This document shows positions 11,760-31,290 of a stretch of 64,000 nt of DNA, piece by piece. Below the pieces are notes generated by a model, which searched no databases, had not been told where the DNA came from, and saw only the letters and a list, made by a program, of their open reading frames with translations. Source of the DNA: Eledone cirrhosa (lineage: Eukaryota); NCBI GenBank assembly GCA_964016885.1, contig OZ024740.1:252650001-252714000 (forward strand), read 5' to 3'. The translations under genes and the position numbers were made by a program. Within the stretch, counting starts at the first letter, position 1, and every line of letters starts with the position of its first letter.

Positions 11760-13392
11760 TATCGCCCCATGTATATCTAATCACACGTACGTACGCGACT
11801 ATATACATATATATACACATACACATACACACCCATACATACATATACATATATACACACATACATACACATTCACGTACATTCACCCGCTTACACACAC
11901 GTGAAAATAAGAATGTAAAAAACATAGATGTAAAAACATAGATATAAAAACACACATACACACACATATATATACGCGTACGCACGTGCACATACGGAGG
12001 CGTGCGTATACATATACAGAACGTATACGCACATAAGCACACTCAGACACAGATACAGAGTATAAAGCAGCCTTATGAATAAATGAGTACAAATATAAAA
12101 TCGGCTGCGAAACAACAGAATATATCTGGAGTGGAAAATGCAAGTGACTTTGAAATCAGGTAGTGAAAGAAAATGGGGAAGTAAAATGTGGAATGTGAAG
12201 ATATTAGGTAAGTGAATCGAAGAGTAAGGGGGGGGGGGTACTGGTGGATGTGAAGTAAAAATAAAAATTAAATTAAAAATAAAGTTAAAAATGAAAGTAA
12301 ATCAGAAAGAGAAGTCTGTAAAGAGAATAATTTAAGGAAAGTGAAGAATAAGAGCTTATGGAGGATAAGTATCTGAAAGTGAGTTAAGTTTATATGAGCT
12401 GGAAAGCAAGTGTGATTTCATATGTGGGCAACTGGTGAAAATTTCTGTTTTTGTATTTAGGCAGGTTTTTGGTGATTTAAGGTTTTGTAAAATCCAATAT
12501 TTTTCACTTATGCAGAGTGTGCATCTTCTTGTTCCTCTTGCATATTCTTTAGATTGGTTCAAAATTGACCAATCTAATTTATATTGGATACCTTGGTCTT
12601 TCAAATCCCATATTCTGCTAGCCAGAGCTGTTGTGAATCTTTTTTCTGGATGTCGGAAAGATGCGACATGTGAGTAATAACGCGTTTTGAATTTGTCTTG
12701 TGTCATACCCACATATCGTTCACTGGTGGCTGGTTGGTTGTTGCTGATGGTTGTCACTTTAGCCGCATATACAATGGCTTTGGTGTTGCAATTTACCTTG
12801 TAATGGGCATTCACTTTTGACTCTACAGGAGCAATTTTGATGTTCTCTGGGTGATTTCTTATTGATGATGTAAGATTTAATAGGGGGACCGCAGGAGTAG
12901 CTAATTTTGACAGTTTCTATTGAAGATCTTATAGTATCTATGTGTTCTAGGGAAATATTTATCTAAGAGCTCTAGGAATTTTTTGCCTACATTAGTTTTA
13001 ACTGCTAGAGAGTATGGGGGGGGGGGGGGGTGAACCAGATTATTTTTCTTTTCCTATTATTATGTTAAAAAGAGTTAGTATAGTTGGGTATGTACTTAAT
13101 CGGTTTGCTAAATCTGCTATTTTGAAGGGCTTTATTATAGTAGGGGGATGCCTTATTGAAATTAGCTTCTGAGGAAGAGAGGGTGGAGATCCTACGGCTA
13201 ATATTAAGGATAAGGTTTTTAAAAACTATAGGAGGATGGCAAGAATCTTTATTTATATATTTTAAATTTTCATTAGGTTTATGGTATGGTTTATAAGAAG
13301 CAGTAGGCAAATCTAGGTTTATATCTAGAAAATTAACATTGGAAAGGTTAGTGTCAATAGTAATTTTAAGATTAAAACTAGCAAAGGTTTAT
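11760..13392 (-). mobile_element. Decayed PLE fragment (RT thumb to GIY-YIG, 3'UTR)
   Basis: NFLDI, YKPYHKPN, HPP, AIVYAA..YVGMT, CTLC. Confidence 0.88.
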
Positions 13393-14224
<832 letters not shown>

Positions 14225-14372
14225 AGTATTTTCCGTAGTGTTGTAATATGAATATTACACACAGTAGATGGACAGCTCACGTAGAGTTTGCTCGACGGTT
14301 CCAGTTGTAGTTTCAAAAGTAATCCGGAGAAAATAGAAGGATTTAAATGGATACAGTTCAGTTAAAAGGAAT

Positions 14373-14493
14373 TTATTGACACGTTTTTCAATAACAGTTA
14401 CATAACCTGAAAACAGCTGCTATCTACAAAGTAATAATTATGCAGACACTCAATATTTCAATGTTATTATCAACTGTCATTTCATCAGAATAA
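14373..14493 (-). ncRNA. Hammerhead with giant stem II, stem III C-to-A mutated copy
   Basis: Reverse complement of 17910-18030 with GAAA-A ACGT G-TC. Confidence 0.75.
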
Positions 14494-15366
14494 TTTTATT
14501 GAGAACCTGTTTGGTTTTTATAGAGAATATTAAGAGGGAGGGGTGAAGTTGTTAGAAGAATAGTTAAGGGAGTGGATAGAGATTTTTCTGATAGCAGTGA
14601 GAATTTTTGGTAGCAGTGAGTAATTAGATTCCTGTCTGTTGTTTTGACATTTTTATAGAATACATTATTTGGCGTTGGTTATTTTTCTAAATCTATAGAA
14701 GGATTAGAGATAGTAAAGATATGCATGGTTGGTTTTGTGTTTGCACTTAATTAACATACAGACTTAAATTTTTCTTTCAAGTGCATGTATCCGTTCGTCT
14801 ACACATTCACACACAAACATATATGCACACCTCTACAAAATACATACACTCACATACACATACTTACATGCTCATACTTACATACATATATACCTGCACA
14901 TTTATATATACACATATATATATGTACATACATACGCATTCATGTATATACATTTTCATACTCAACTTATCTTCATATACACATGTATAGGCACACACAT
15001 ATATACATACATACTCCTGTCTATGTGTATACATATATATATATATATATATATAAACACTTTAATACATGAATATACATACATCTAACTATACACATCA
15101 AACATATATATATATTTACTTATTTATATACATTTTCACATATATATACATACATATGGTCGCCTTTAGACACATTCATTATAGCATATTCGCACCTATT
15201 CTCATCAGCATATCTTTCCATTATTAGTGTGGTAATTTAAGGTTATTAATATACATATATATGTTGAGAAGAGATTGTTTTTATATTTTTCTAACTAGAT
15301 TGAGGTTTATATAGTTGGGGGGATGTCCCTCTTTTATGTAATATTCAGCTTGTAGTGGGAAAAAAA

Positions 15367-17064
15367 TAAGCAAATATATCTTAGATAGAATCATCCCCCA
15401 AATTAAGGCTAAGGTTAACATTAAACTCTGGGGGAAGACCCAAGAAGCAATAAGATGGTTTAATAGCATTAGTAATAAGAATAAATCTAAGTTTATGCAG
15501 TTTGATATCGACGAATATTACTCATCGATATCACCTGAAACTCTGAATAGAGCCATTAAGTTTGCTAAGGATAACTCTGACCTTACAAACGAAGAAATTA
15601 AGATTATATTAGAAGCTAGGAAAACTATAGTCAAATTTGAGAACAGTTATTGGGTTCGTAAAGATAGACCCTCTAACTTTGACATAACAATGGGCTCTAA
15701 CGATTCGGCTGAAATAACTGATATTGTGGGGTTATTTATCGCCTTTAGACTCCAGGAAAAATTCAGTAATCTCCACGGTGGAATATACCGCGACGATGTT
15801 CTCCTCCTAGTTAAAAACCTAAATAACCAAAAACTAGAAAAACTACGCAAAGATATAAGAAAACTACTACTTGAAATAGGACTAACTATAACATATGAAT
15901 ACAACCTTAAAGTAGTTAACTTCCTGGATGTCACACTAAATTTAAACTCTGGTCTCATTAAACCGTTTCATAAATTGAATGAAAATCTCAAGTACGTAAA
16001 TGTTGGGTCTAACCACCCCATCTCTATAATTAAATCTATCCCTAAAAATATTTCCCTTAGAATCTCAGGTCTATCTTCTAACATACAAGTATTTAAGGAA
16101 CACGCCGAGTACTACGATAACGCCCTTAGTAAAGCAGGCTACCTCAACAAAATAGAGTATATAGATGAAAACAATCAAAACACCCAAAATAAATCCCACA
16201 TAGGTAGATATAATAACACAAAACCAAACCACACTTACTACCATAGTATACACACCAGTAAACCAACAAACAAAACTAATAGAAAGCGATGCAAAGAGTA
16301 CTTATGGTATAACCCTGAATACAATAGTTCCATTATTACAAATTTACCAGTACTCTTCTTTAAAATAGTTAAGAGACATTTTCCTACATCACACAAATAC
16401 CACAAAATCCTAAACCCTACCACTATAAGACTGTCATACTCTACAACGTTCAACCTCGAACAACACATAAAAAAGATCAATACTAGAAGGTATAAAACAC
16501 TAAAAACTTAAGTACAAAGAACACAAAAAAAAAACAGTAGACAATACACTACAGAACATAAATAAACCACACCTAAGTTCGTCCGCAATACTACTCCAGA
16601 GTAAACCTAACTACAAAACCAACGTACACAACTGTAACTGCACCTATCCTGACAATTGCCCCCTCGGCAATAACTGCCTGGAAAAAAATATCATCTATAA
16701 GTGTACCATTGAATCCGGAGGCAACGAGTGGTATTACGTGGGATCAACGGCAACATCATTTAAATCTCGATTATATAGGCATTCTTACTCAATAAAACAC
16801 CAGAGCCAAAGAAATGTAACAACTTTAGCAGAAAAAGCTTGGACGCTCAGGGATAGCGATCAAAAGTTTACCCTAAAATGGGAGAAATTAGCTAAAACCC
16901 AAAGCTTTTCCAGGAGCCAAAATTTCTGCAAATTGTGTAATCTTGAGATTTATTACATAATTACACACAAGAAGAAATTGCTTAAGAACAGCATTGAACG
17001 AACATTATTCTGCCGTCACCGAACTAAAACCCTTTTTTCCCACTACAAGCTGAATATTACATAA
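15367..17064 (+). pseudogene. PLE RT-GIY-YIG, disrupted near 16511
   Basis: QFDIDEYY, MGSNDS, YRDD, NFLDV; downstream CNCTYPDNCP, IIYKC, YVGST. Confidence 0.9.
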
Positions 17065-17338
17065 AAGAGGGACATCCCCCCAACTATATAAACCTCAATC
17101 TAGTTAGAAAAATATAAAAACAATCTCTTCTCAACATATATATGTATATAATAACCTTAAATTACCACACTAATAATGGAAAGATATGTTGATGAGAATA
17201 GGTGCGAATATGCTATAATGAATGTGTCTAAAAGCGACCATATGTATGTATATATATGTGAAAATGTATATAAATAAGTAAATATATATATATGTTTGAT
17301 GTGTATAGTTAGATGTATGTATATTCATGTATTAAAGT

Positions 17339-17374
<36 letters not shown>

Positions 17375-17909
17375 ACACATAGACAGGAGTATGTATGTAT
17401 ATATGTGTGTGCCTATACGTGTGTATATGAAGATAAGTTGAGTATGAAAATGTATATACATGAATGCGTATGTATGTACATATATATATGTGTATATATA
17501 AATGTGCAGGTATATATGTATGTAAGTATGAGCATGTAAGTATGTGTATGTGAGTGTATGTATTTTGTAGAGGTGTGCATATATGTTTGTGTGTGAATGT
17601 GTGGACGAACGGATACATGCACTTGAAAGAAAAATTTAAGTCTGTATGTTAATTAAGTGCAAACACAAAACCAACCATGCATATCTTTACTATCTCTAAT
17701 CCTTCTATAGATTTAGAAAAATAACCAACGCCAAATAATGTATTCTATAAAAATGTCAAAACAACAGACAGGAATCTAATTACTCACTGCTACCAAAAAT
17801 TCTCACTGCTATCAGAAAAATCTCTATCCACCCCCTTAACTATTCTTCTAACAACTTCACCCCTCCCTCTTAATATTCTCTATAAAAACCAAACAGGTTC
17901 TCAATAAAA

Positions 17910-18030
17910 TTATTCTGATGAAATGACAGTTGATAATAACATTGAAATATTGAGTGTCTGCATAATTATTACTTTGTAGATAGCAGCTGTTTTCAGGTTA
18001 TGTAACTGTTATTGAAACACGTGTCAATAA
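17910..18030 (+). ncRNA. Type I hammerhead ribozyme with giant stem II
   Basis: ttatt-CTGATGA-aatgacagttg...taactgttatt-GAAA-C ACGT G-TC-aataa. Confidence 0.88.
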
Positions 18031-18138
18031 ATTCCTTTTAACTGAACTGTATCCATTTAAATCCTTCTATATATGTGTGTACGTATATATATATATATAT
18101 ATGTGTGTGTGTATGTATATATATATATATATATGTGT

Positions 18139-18842
18139 ATCATCATCATCATCATCATCACCGTTTTACGTCCGTTCTTCCACGCTAGCATGGGTTAGAC
18201 GGGTTGTCCTGTTGTGGGCAGTGTCTGGTCGGCTGACCATGCCTTGCTCATACAGGAACTGATCTGGCTTGATTTCTACAGCTGGATGCCCTTCCTAACA
18301 CCAACCTCATTTACAGTGAGTGCTGGGTGCTTTTTCGTGGCGCCTACACGTCCACTTTACAGTGTGGGCTGGGTGCTTTTTTGCCGTGGCACCTCCACGA
18401 CCACCTTGCGGTGGGGGGGGGGGGGGGGCATATTGTTTATATGCTTCAGCATGTACCCATGGGAGGTCGGGTACCCTGTATTACTGCGTGACGCCAGAAG
18501 TCACGGTCGTGTGTCATTGACTTTGAGAGGTGTAGTTGGGTAAGGTCGGCTTTTATCACCTCATCCCAAGTCATCTTGGGTCTCCCCACTCCGCGGTTTC
18601 CATCAACTTCTAGTGCTCTGCACCTTTTTATGCAGCTGTCATCCTTCATACGCATCACATGTCCATACCAGCGTAACCGCCTCTCCTGCACGCAGCATTT
18701 GATTCCTCTTATGCTCAGTCTCTCTCTCAATTCATTTATGCTTTGTCGTTCACGTATATTACTGTTACACATCCATCGGAGCATGCAGGCTTCGTTTCTC
18801 TCTAATCTACGTAAGTCTTAGATTAGAGAGAAACGAAGCCTG
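18139..18842 (-). mobile_element. RTE subfamily B 3' fragment with snap-back at 5' end
   Basis: Near-identical to 3300-3977; hairpin 18786-18842. Confidence 0.92.
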
Positions 18843-18928
18843 TATGTATATATATAAGGGTAAAAGCAGCGATTCTTTGCTTAAACTTTAATCTGTTATT
18901 TTAATAGATATATATGTATATATATATG

Positions 18929-18961
<33 letters not shown>

Positions 18962-18962
18962 G

Positions 18963-18998
<36 letters not shown>

Positions 18999-19000
18999 TA

Positions 19001-20412
19001 TTTCCTTCACTTTCTGCTGCTTAAACCATTTTGTTTGTTTACCCTAGCGTCCCCTTTATTTACGTGTCCCAACGACTTTTTTTTTAGCCGTTGCTCGCAC
19101 CAACCTGAAGTATATGGCCTTTAATGCGACGAATTGCCTACGACGGTTGGAAGGCCACTGATGAGGACAAACTTTTTCATATGTAACCCATTTGCAGCGC
19201 CGCAGCTCCATTATTATCATATTTACACTTATATTTTTTCCTCCACCGCCACCAGTCTGTTTCGTTCTTTGTGTCTTTACCCTTTCTAGCAGTCTCTCTC
19301 TCTCTCTGTTAGCCTCTTCCTCACCTTTCACTCACTCACTCTCTGTCACTACCTCTCCTCCTCCCCTTTCTTCCCGTTTGACCTGTTCGTAATCCTTTTC
19401 TCGCGGGCACTTGGCCGAGCCGGTATGAATTTTTTTTTTCTCTCTCTCTCGTCTGCGACTTCACAGAACTTATGTTTACCGAATTCGCAGACCAGACTCC
19501 TTCTTCCTCCCGTTAGACCTGTGCGAAATTCCTTCCTTGCTCACATTTCAACCAGGTTTGATGGTCTTTATTCTCTCGTTCACGATTCCACCGAATTTAT
19601 ATTCATAGAAATCTGGGACTTGTTTCCTTCTTCATCACTTTCTGCTGCTTAAACCATTTTGTTTGTTTACCCTAGCGTCCCCTTTATTTACGTGTCCCAA
19701 CGACTTTTTTTTAGCCGTTGCTCGCACCAAACTTTAATGCGACGAAATGCCTACGACGGTTGGAAGGCCACTGATGAGGACAAACTTTTCCATATGTAAC
19801 CCATTTGCAGCGCCGCAGCTCCATTATTATCATATTTACACATATATTTTTTCCTCCGCTGCACCAGTCTGTTTCATTCTTTGTGTCTTTACCCTTTGTA
19901 GAAGTCTCTCTGTCTCTGTTAGCCTCTTCCTCACCTTTCACTCACTCACTCTCTGTCACTACCTCTCCTCCTCCCCTTTCTTCTCGTTTGACCTGTTCGT
20001 AATCCTTTTCTCGCGGGCACTTGGCCGAGCCGGTATGAATTTTTTTTTTCTCTCTCTCTCGTCTGCGACTTCACAGAACTTATGTTTACCGAATTCGCAG
20101 ACCAGACTCCTTCTTCCTCCCGTTAGACCTGTGCGAAATTCCTTCCTTGCTCACATTTCAACCAGGTTTGATGGTCTTTATTCTCTCGTTCACGATTCCA
20201 CCGAATTTATATTCATAGAAATCTGGGACTTGTTTCCTTCTTCATCACTTTCTGCTGCTTAAACCATTTTGTTTGTTTACCCTAGCGTCCCCTTTATTTA
20301 CGTGTCCCAACGACTTTTTTTTAGCCATTGCTCGCACCAACCTGAGGTATATGGCCTTTAATGCGACGAAATGCCTACAACGGTTGGAAGGCCACTGATG
20401 AGGACAAACTTC

Positions 20413-20416
<4 letters not shown>
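19001..20416. repeat. Tandem repeat, ~610-628-bp unit, ~2.3 copies
   Basis: ctttctgctgcttaaacc recurs at 19010, 19638, 20248. Confidence 0.92.
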
Positions 20417-21927
<1,511 letters not shown>

Positions 21928-21975
21928 TAGAAGGATTTAAATGGATACAGTTCAGTTAAAAGGAATTTATTGACA

Positions 21976-24000
<2,025 letters not shown>

Positions 24001-27000
24001 TGTCCTGGGTATGACATTAAACTACATCCAGTGGCAAGGCTCCAGTTCGGGAGTTCAGGAGATGTGGGGAATGTGGAGTTACCCCTTAGTTGTCATGACT
24101 CCCAGGTCTGCCCTGGCCCGGGGTGGTAGTACCTGTTACGGCTCCATTTATGGGTTAAATAACTACCTTATTCGAGTGGCGCCGGTAAGGTATTGTCAGC
24201 CATTGAAAAGAAATATGGAGAGTCGATCTAACAGCACTAGGGTTAGAGCCCCTAATTACACTGTCAAGGAGCAGCCTGGTCGTTATGACTCTGCTGGCTT
24301 AGAGCCACAGAGAGGGCCAGTGGATGATGGATCAGCTGTCTCTGAGACAAATATAAAGAATGCAGTTTTGTCCTGCAGAAGAGCCATCAAAATGGGCACT
24401 TTGAATGTGAGGACTATTCGAACGCTGGAGAAGAGAGAGGAGTTCGGACATCTGTTCGAGGAGAGTGGTATACAGATACTTGCGATCCAAGAACACAGGA
24501 TTCTACATGATGAGCCCGTGAGGAGTGTGATGATCGGGAGGAAGAGCCAGCTCATCACTACATCGGCAGTGAAGAACACAACAAATGCTGCAGTAGGAGG
24601 AGTGGGTTTTGTGTTTAATGCAAAAACCAATCTGTTGGTGAGGGAAATAATGCCTATCTCCCCGCGAGTGTTGAGGGTGACCTTCAATGGAAACCCAAGA
24701 CTGACAGTCATCTCAGCCTATAGTCCAACCGAGGGGGACAGTGATGTGAATGCCGAGGAGTTCCATGAGGAGGTGTATAGAGCTGTCAACACCACTCAGG
24801 CACACAATATCCTGCTTGTTTTGGGGGACTTCAATGCACATGTGAGTAAGGAGGGCAGTGAAGATCCTTTCTGGTACTTCCATAACAACACCAACCGAAA
24901 TGGAAGACTACTGAGAGACACCCTGCTGGAGGCGAACTTGATGGCGACCAACCTAAGGTTTAGGAAGAATCTGGGGAAGATGTGGACCTACATCTCAGAT
25001 ATGCACCTGTCCAAGTCCCAGATTGATTTCATTCTGGTAAGGAAAAAGTGGCGGAATAGTGTTCTGAACACGGAACCATACAGCTATTTCAGTACAGTGG
25101 GTAGTGACCACCGGCTTGTTATGAGTGAGGTCCGCGTGAGCTTAAGAAAGAGCAAGGCTCAGCCCCGGAGAACAATCTATGACTGGGGAGCTGTCAAGGA
25201 AGATGATAAGCTACAGGAGAGGTTCACAGTGGAAGTGAGAAACAGGTTTAGTGCTCTGTGTGGAGAGTCAGAGGAGAGAGAGATTGGATGGACTGAGGAG
25301 AGTGTGACGAGGAGGTACGGGCACTTCACCAATGCAGTGGCGAAAGCAAGTGAAACCCTGGTGCCGAGGAAAAAGAACAAAGGGAAGCACCTCAGCTCTG
25401 CAAACCTAAAAGTGTGTGCAGCCAGAGAACACCTGAAAGCTGCCAGGGACCAATTCTATGCTGATCCTACGGAGGAGAGGATGGAGACTGTGGAGGTGAT
25501 GAGGGAAGAGCTCTGTACCGCTTACACTGAGGTCAGAGAGGAGGCACTGATAGAGAAGATCAGAAGTGTGGAGAGAGCGGTTGACAGATCTGGATGTAAG
25601 GAGAGCTGGATGATCATCAACGAGATCACAGGGAGGAAGAAAAGGTGTTCGAGTCAGATCCAGGGAACGGGGCCCGAGGATAGGAAGAGGAAATGGCTAG
25701 ACCATTTTAGGACCCTACTAGGAGAGCCACCCTCCACAGCCCAGAGCACTGGGGAGATCAGGCAGCTGTTTGAGGAATTGGATGTTGAGACAGAGCCCTT
25801 CACCAGAGAGGAGCTTCAGAGAGCCAAGAAGAAGATCAAGGAGGGCAAGGCTCATGGAGAAGATGGAGTGGCATCAGAGGTGATGAAGAGGTGTGATTTT
25901 GATGATATCATCCTGGGGTTCTGTAACGGGGCACTGGAGAAAGGAGTTGCCCCGAATCAGTGGAGGATCAGTAACATCGTCCCAGTGCCAAAGAAGGGAG
26001 AGATCTCTAACACCAACAACTACCGAGGGATCTCACTGACGTCACTTGTGGCAAAGACCCTCAACAGGATGATTCTTAACAGGATCCAGCCTGAGATGGA
26101 GAAGAAGCTCAGGGACAACTAGAACGGCTTCAGAGAGGGTAGATCAACCACCAGTCACATCCTGATGCTGAGGAGGATATAAGAGGGAGCTAGAGCAAAG
26201 TGCCTTCCAGCGGTCATGGTTTTCATTGACTTTAGGAAGGCCTTTGGAATCCCGAAGAGGATAGTGGACCTGATATCACTGCTCTACACCAACACCAAAG
26301 CCCAAGTCATTACACCTGATGGGATGACAGAGTTCTTTGAGATACTGGCTGGAGTGCTCCAGGGAGATACATTGGCTCCCTACCTTTTTATCATCGTAGT
26401 GGACTATTGTATGCGCCTTGCACTGGAGAAACACCAGGACACTGGCTTTACTGTAGCACCGGCTCAGAGCAGGAGAGTTGGGGCGAAAAAGGTATCGGAT
26501 GCTGAATTTGCCGACGCCATAGTTTTGGTGACAAATACAGTGAAGGAGGCAGAGGATTTGATGCGGGAGGTTGAGACTGTGTCGATGAGTGTGGGGCTGA
26601 GAATGAATGAGACTAAAACAAAATATCTGGTAGAGAATGTTGAGAAGCCAGAGGGGATCACTAATGTAGGTGGGAAGCCGCTGGAATTGGTTGAGGACTT
26701 CCTGTATTTGGGAGCAAAGATTGGGAATACGGAAGATGATGTGGTTGAGAGGAAGAGCAAGGCCTGGGCGGCGTGTCACAGCTTGAGATCGGTGTGGAAG
26801 TCGGACCTTCGTAGAGACCTGAAAATCCGCCTCTTCATTGCTGTAGTGGAGTCTGTGTTGCTGTATGGGTCTGAGACTTGGACACTAACCAAGAGACTCA
26901 CTCAGATGGTGGATGGGTGCTACACGAGAATGCTGAGGATGGCTCTGAACATTAATCAGTATACACTGAGGATGAAAAACTCAGAGCTGTATGGGGGCAT

Positions 27001-27275
27001 CCAAAAAGTCAGCTCAAAAGTGACACAGAGGAGACTGAGGTTGGCTGGACATGCTCACCAACAACCAGAGTTGACATTGCACTCAGTGCTCCTTTGGGAG
27101 CCCCTACATGGACACACTAGAAGAGGAAGACCAAGGTTAACATATGTTGATGCCCTAAGGACAGACACTGGTCTGTTGGAGATGCAGGATATGGCAGCGA
27201 TAATGAGGGACAGAGACCGCTGGAGAGAACTCGTCCATGGATCTCGGGAATTTTACCCGCCTTAGATAGATAGAT
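24001..27275 (+). mobile_element. Near-full-length single-ORF APE-RT LINE (RTE-like), disrupted, (GATA)n tail
   Basis: GTLNVRT, AIQE, GDFNA, QIDFI, SDH, NYRGISL, DFRKAF, GVLQGD, FADA; stop at 26122, frameshift, short deletion after KAF. Confidence 0.93.
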
Positions 27276-28963
<1,688 letters not shown>

Positions 28964-28988
28964 ATGTATATATATATATATGTTTGTA

Positions 28989-29934
28989 TCATCATCATCA
29001 TCATCGTTTAACGTCCATGTTCCATGCTTGCATGGGTTTGGACGGGAGTTTTCCCACTGGAGGCAAGAGTGATTATCTTGCTCGCATAGGACTGTCTGGC
29101 GGGTTTTCTACAGCTGGATGCCCTTCCTAACACCAACCACATTTACAGTGTGGGGCTGGGAGGTTTTTACCGTGTTGCCTACACGGCCACATTACAGCGT
29201 GGACTGTGTGTTTTTTTGTCGTGACACCTACACGATCTCATTTGTTTCGGACTGGATGTTGTGGCACCAACATAACTTTACATTGAAAGGGGCGGTGTGG
29301 ATGGGGTGGGGGGAGGTGGGACGGGGGTGTATTTTGTTAGAGATGCCTACTGACTGTAGTAGGTTTTACTTTGTATTTAGGTAAGGCGGGTCTTCTTTAT
29401 TACTGAGTACCGCCAAAGGTCTCGGTCCAGTGACATTGTCTTGGAGAGGTGTAAGTGTGTGAGGTCGGAATTTATCAGCTCGTCCCACGTTTTTCTGGGT
29501 CTGCCTACTCCGTGGCTACCGTCTATCTTTATTGCCCTGCACTTTGTTATACAGCTGTCGTCTTTCATGCGCATCACGTGACCATACCAACGTAGCCTTC
29601 TCTCGAGTAAACAACATCTGATCCCTCTTATATCTAATTTTTTCCTTAGTTCGTTTATGCTTTGCCGTTCACGTATATTACTATTACACATCCAGCGGAG
29701 CATGCAAGCTTCGTTCCTCTCTAGTCTGCGTATATCCTCTGCACACAATGCCCAGGTCTCACTGCCATGCAACATTGCTGTTCGTATGCAGGCATCATAC
29801 AACCTGCCTTTCATTTTTAGGGAGAACCCTTTAGCGGCTAATAGTGGTATAAGCTCTCTGAACTTTTTCCATCCAATTCTGACTCTAGCTACTGTACTTT
29901 CAGAGCACCCTCCCCCACTGCTAATTTTGTCAGT
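28989..29934 (-). mobile_element. RTE subfamily A 3' fragment
   Basis: [12 protein letters not shown]...KKTRLT plus 3'UTR and tail. Confidence 0.92.
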
Positions 29935-29979
29935 GGGGGAGGGTATGTATATATATATATGTGTATGTATGTATGTATG

Positions 29980-30052
<73 letters not shown>

Positions 30053-30069
30053 TTACATACACACATATA

Positions 30070-30369
30070 TCATGATCATCATCATCGTTTAACGTCCATC
30101 TTCCATGCTTGCATGGGTTTGGACGGGAGTTTTCCCACTTGAGGCAAGAGTGGTTGTCTTGCTCGCATAGGACCGTCTGGCGGGTTTTCTACGGCTGGAT
30201 GCCCTTCCTAACACCAACCACATTTACAGTGTGGACTGGGAGGTTTTTACCGTGTTACCTACACAGCCACATTACAGCGTGGACTGTGTTTTTTTTTGTC
30301 GTGACACCTACACGATCTCATTTGTTTCGGACTGGATGTTGTGGTACCAACATAACTTTACATTGAAAG
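30070..30369 (-). mobile_element. RTE subfamily A 3'UTR only
   Basis: Matches 28989-29290. Confidence 0.88.
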
Positions 30370-31217
30370 TTAAGACCTGTCAGAGATCAAAATAACCAAT
30401 CTACATTTTTAGGTAGAGTAAAATTAGACTACAATTAAAAATTAAACATTGTCTAATTCAACAGTTCATCTAATGAATTGATGAATTCACTATAATTGAT
30501 TGATTCACTATAAATGAATAATTGATGCATTGACTTTTACCTAATTTTGCCCCTTGAGATGTTGAATTTTACTATATTATAAAAAAAATCTGTAATACTC
30601 ATAAAAAGTGCAATTATATGATGCACTATTTTTGATTTATTTTACTGCATTATTTTATAACTAAATTTTTAAAAATATAATTTGATTAAGAGTGAAAATT
30701 TTTAAATATCTTATAACATAAATTAATAAATTGTACATATTAATTATTATTATTATTAATTAATTATTGTACAAATTATTGTACAAATTATTGTACAAAT
30801 TTTATTTTAAAAAGATTAATTTGTATACACCAAGTATACAGTAGTCAACTCTCCCTATAAGACAGTCATTTTTCCAGTCCTTTAAAGTGATTTTTTTTTA
30901 ACAATTAACTTATAATTATTTATTTTTAGTTTTATAATCTAAATATTTTTTTTTAAATTTAGACTTTAGCTGCAATATTTTAAGAAGAAGTTTTCTTGTC
31001 CTTTACTTTTCCAGGTGTAATAACTTGTCCTTTACTTTTCTAGGTTTATTAATTTAAGAATATTTCTTTACATGCGCCCGCATTTTTCCCTGTAATTCAC
31101 TTTTTTTCCAGGCAATGCAAGGATATTATATTAATATTAATAAAAATATTTATCAACAAATAAGTTAAATAATAATAATAAATAATAATGAATAGGAAGA
31201 AGTGTAGATAGGAAAAG

Positions 31218-31290
31218 TAATCAGGGTGGGAATCGAACCCACGACCTTCGGATTGCCGGTCCGCTGCTCTACATACTGAGCTACCTGACC
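31218..31290 (-). tRNA. tRNA-like cloverleaf (GGC anticodon), probably pseudogene or SINE head
   Basis: GGTCAGG/CCTGATT acceptor, GCTC/GAGC D arm, GTGGG-TTCGATT-CCCAC T arm, downstream TTTT; C33 and no G3:U70. Confidence 0.7.

Noticed and set aside
19740-19785. GAAA...CTGATGA in the tandem unit as a type II hammerhead
   Set aside because: Stems II and III and the NUH site cannot be formed convincingly
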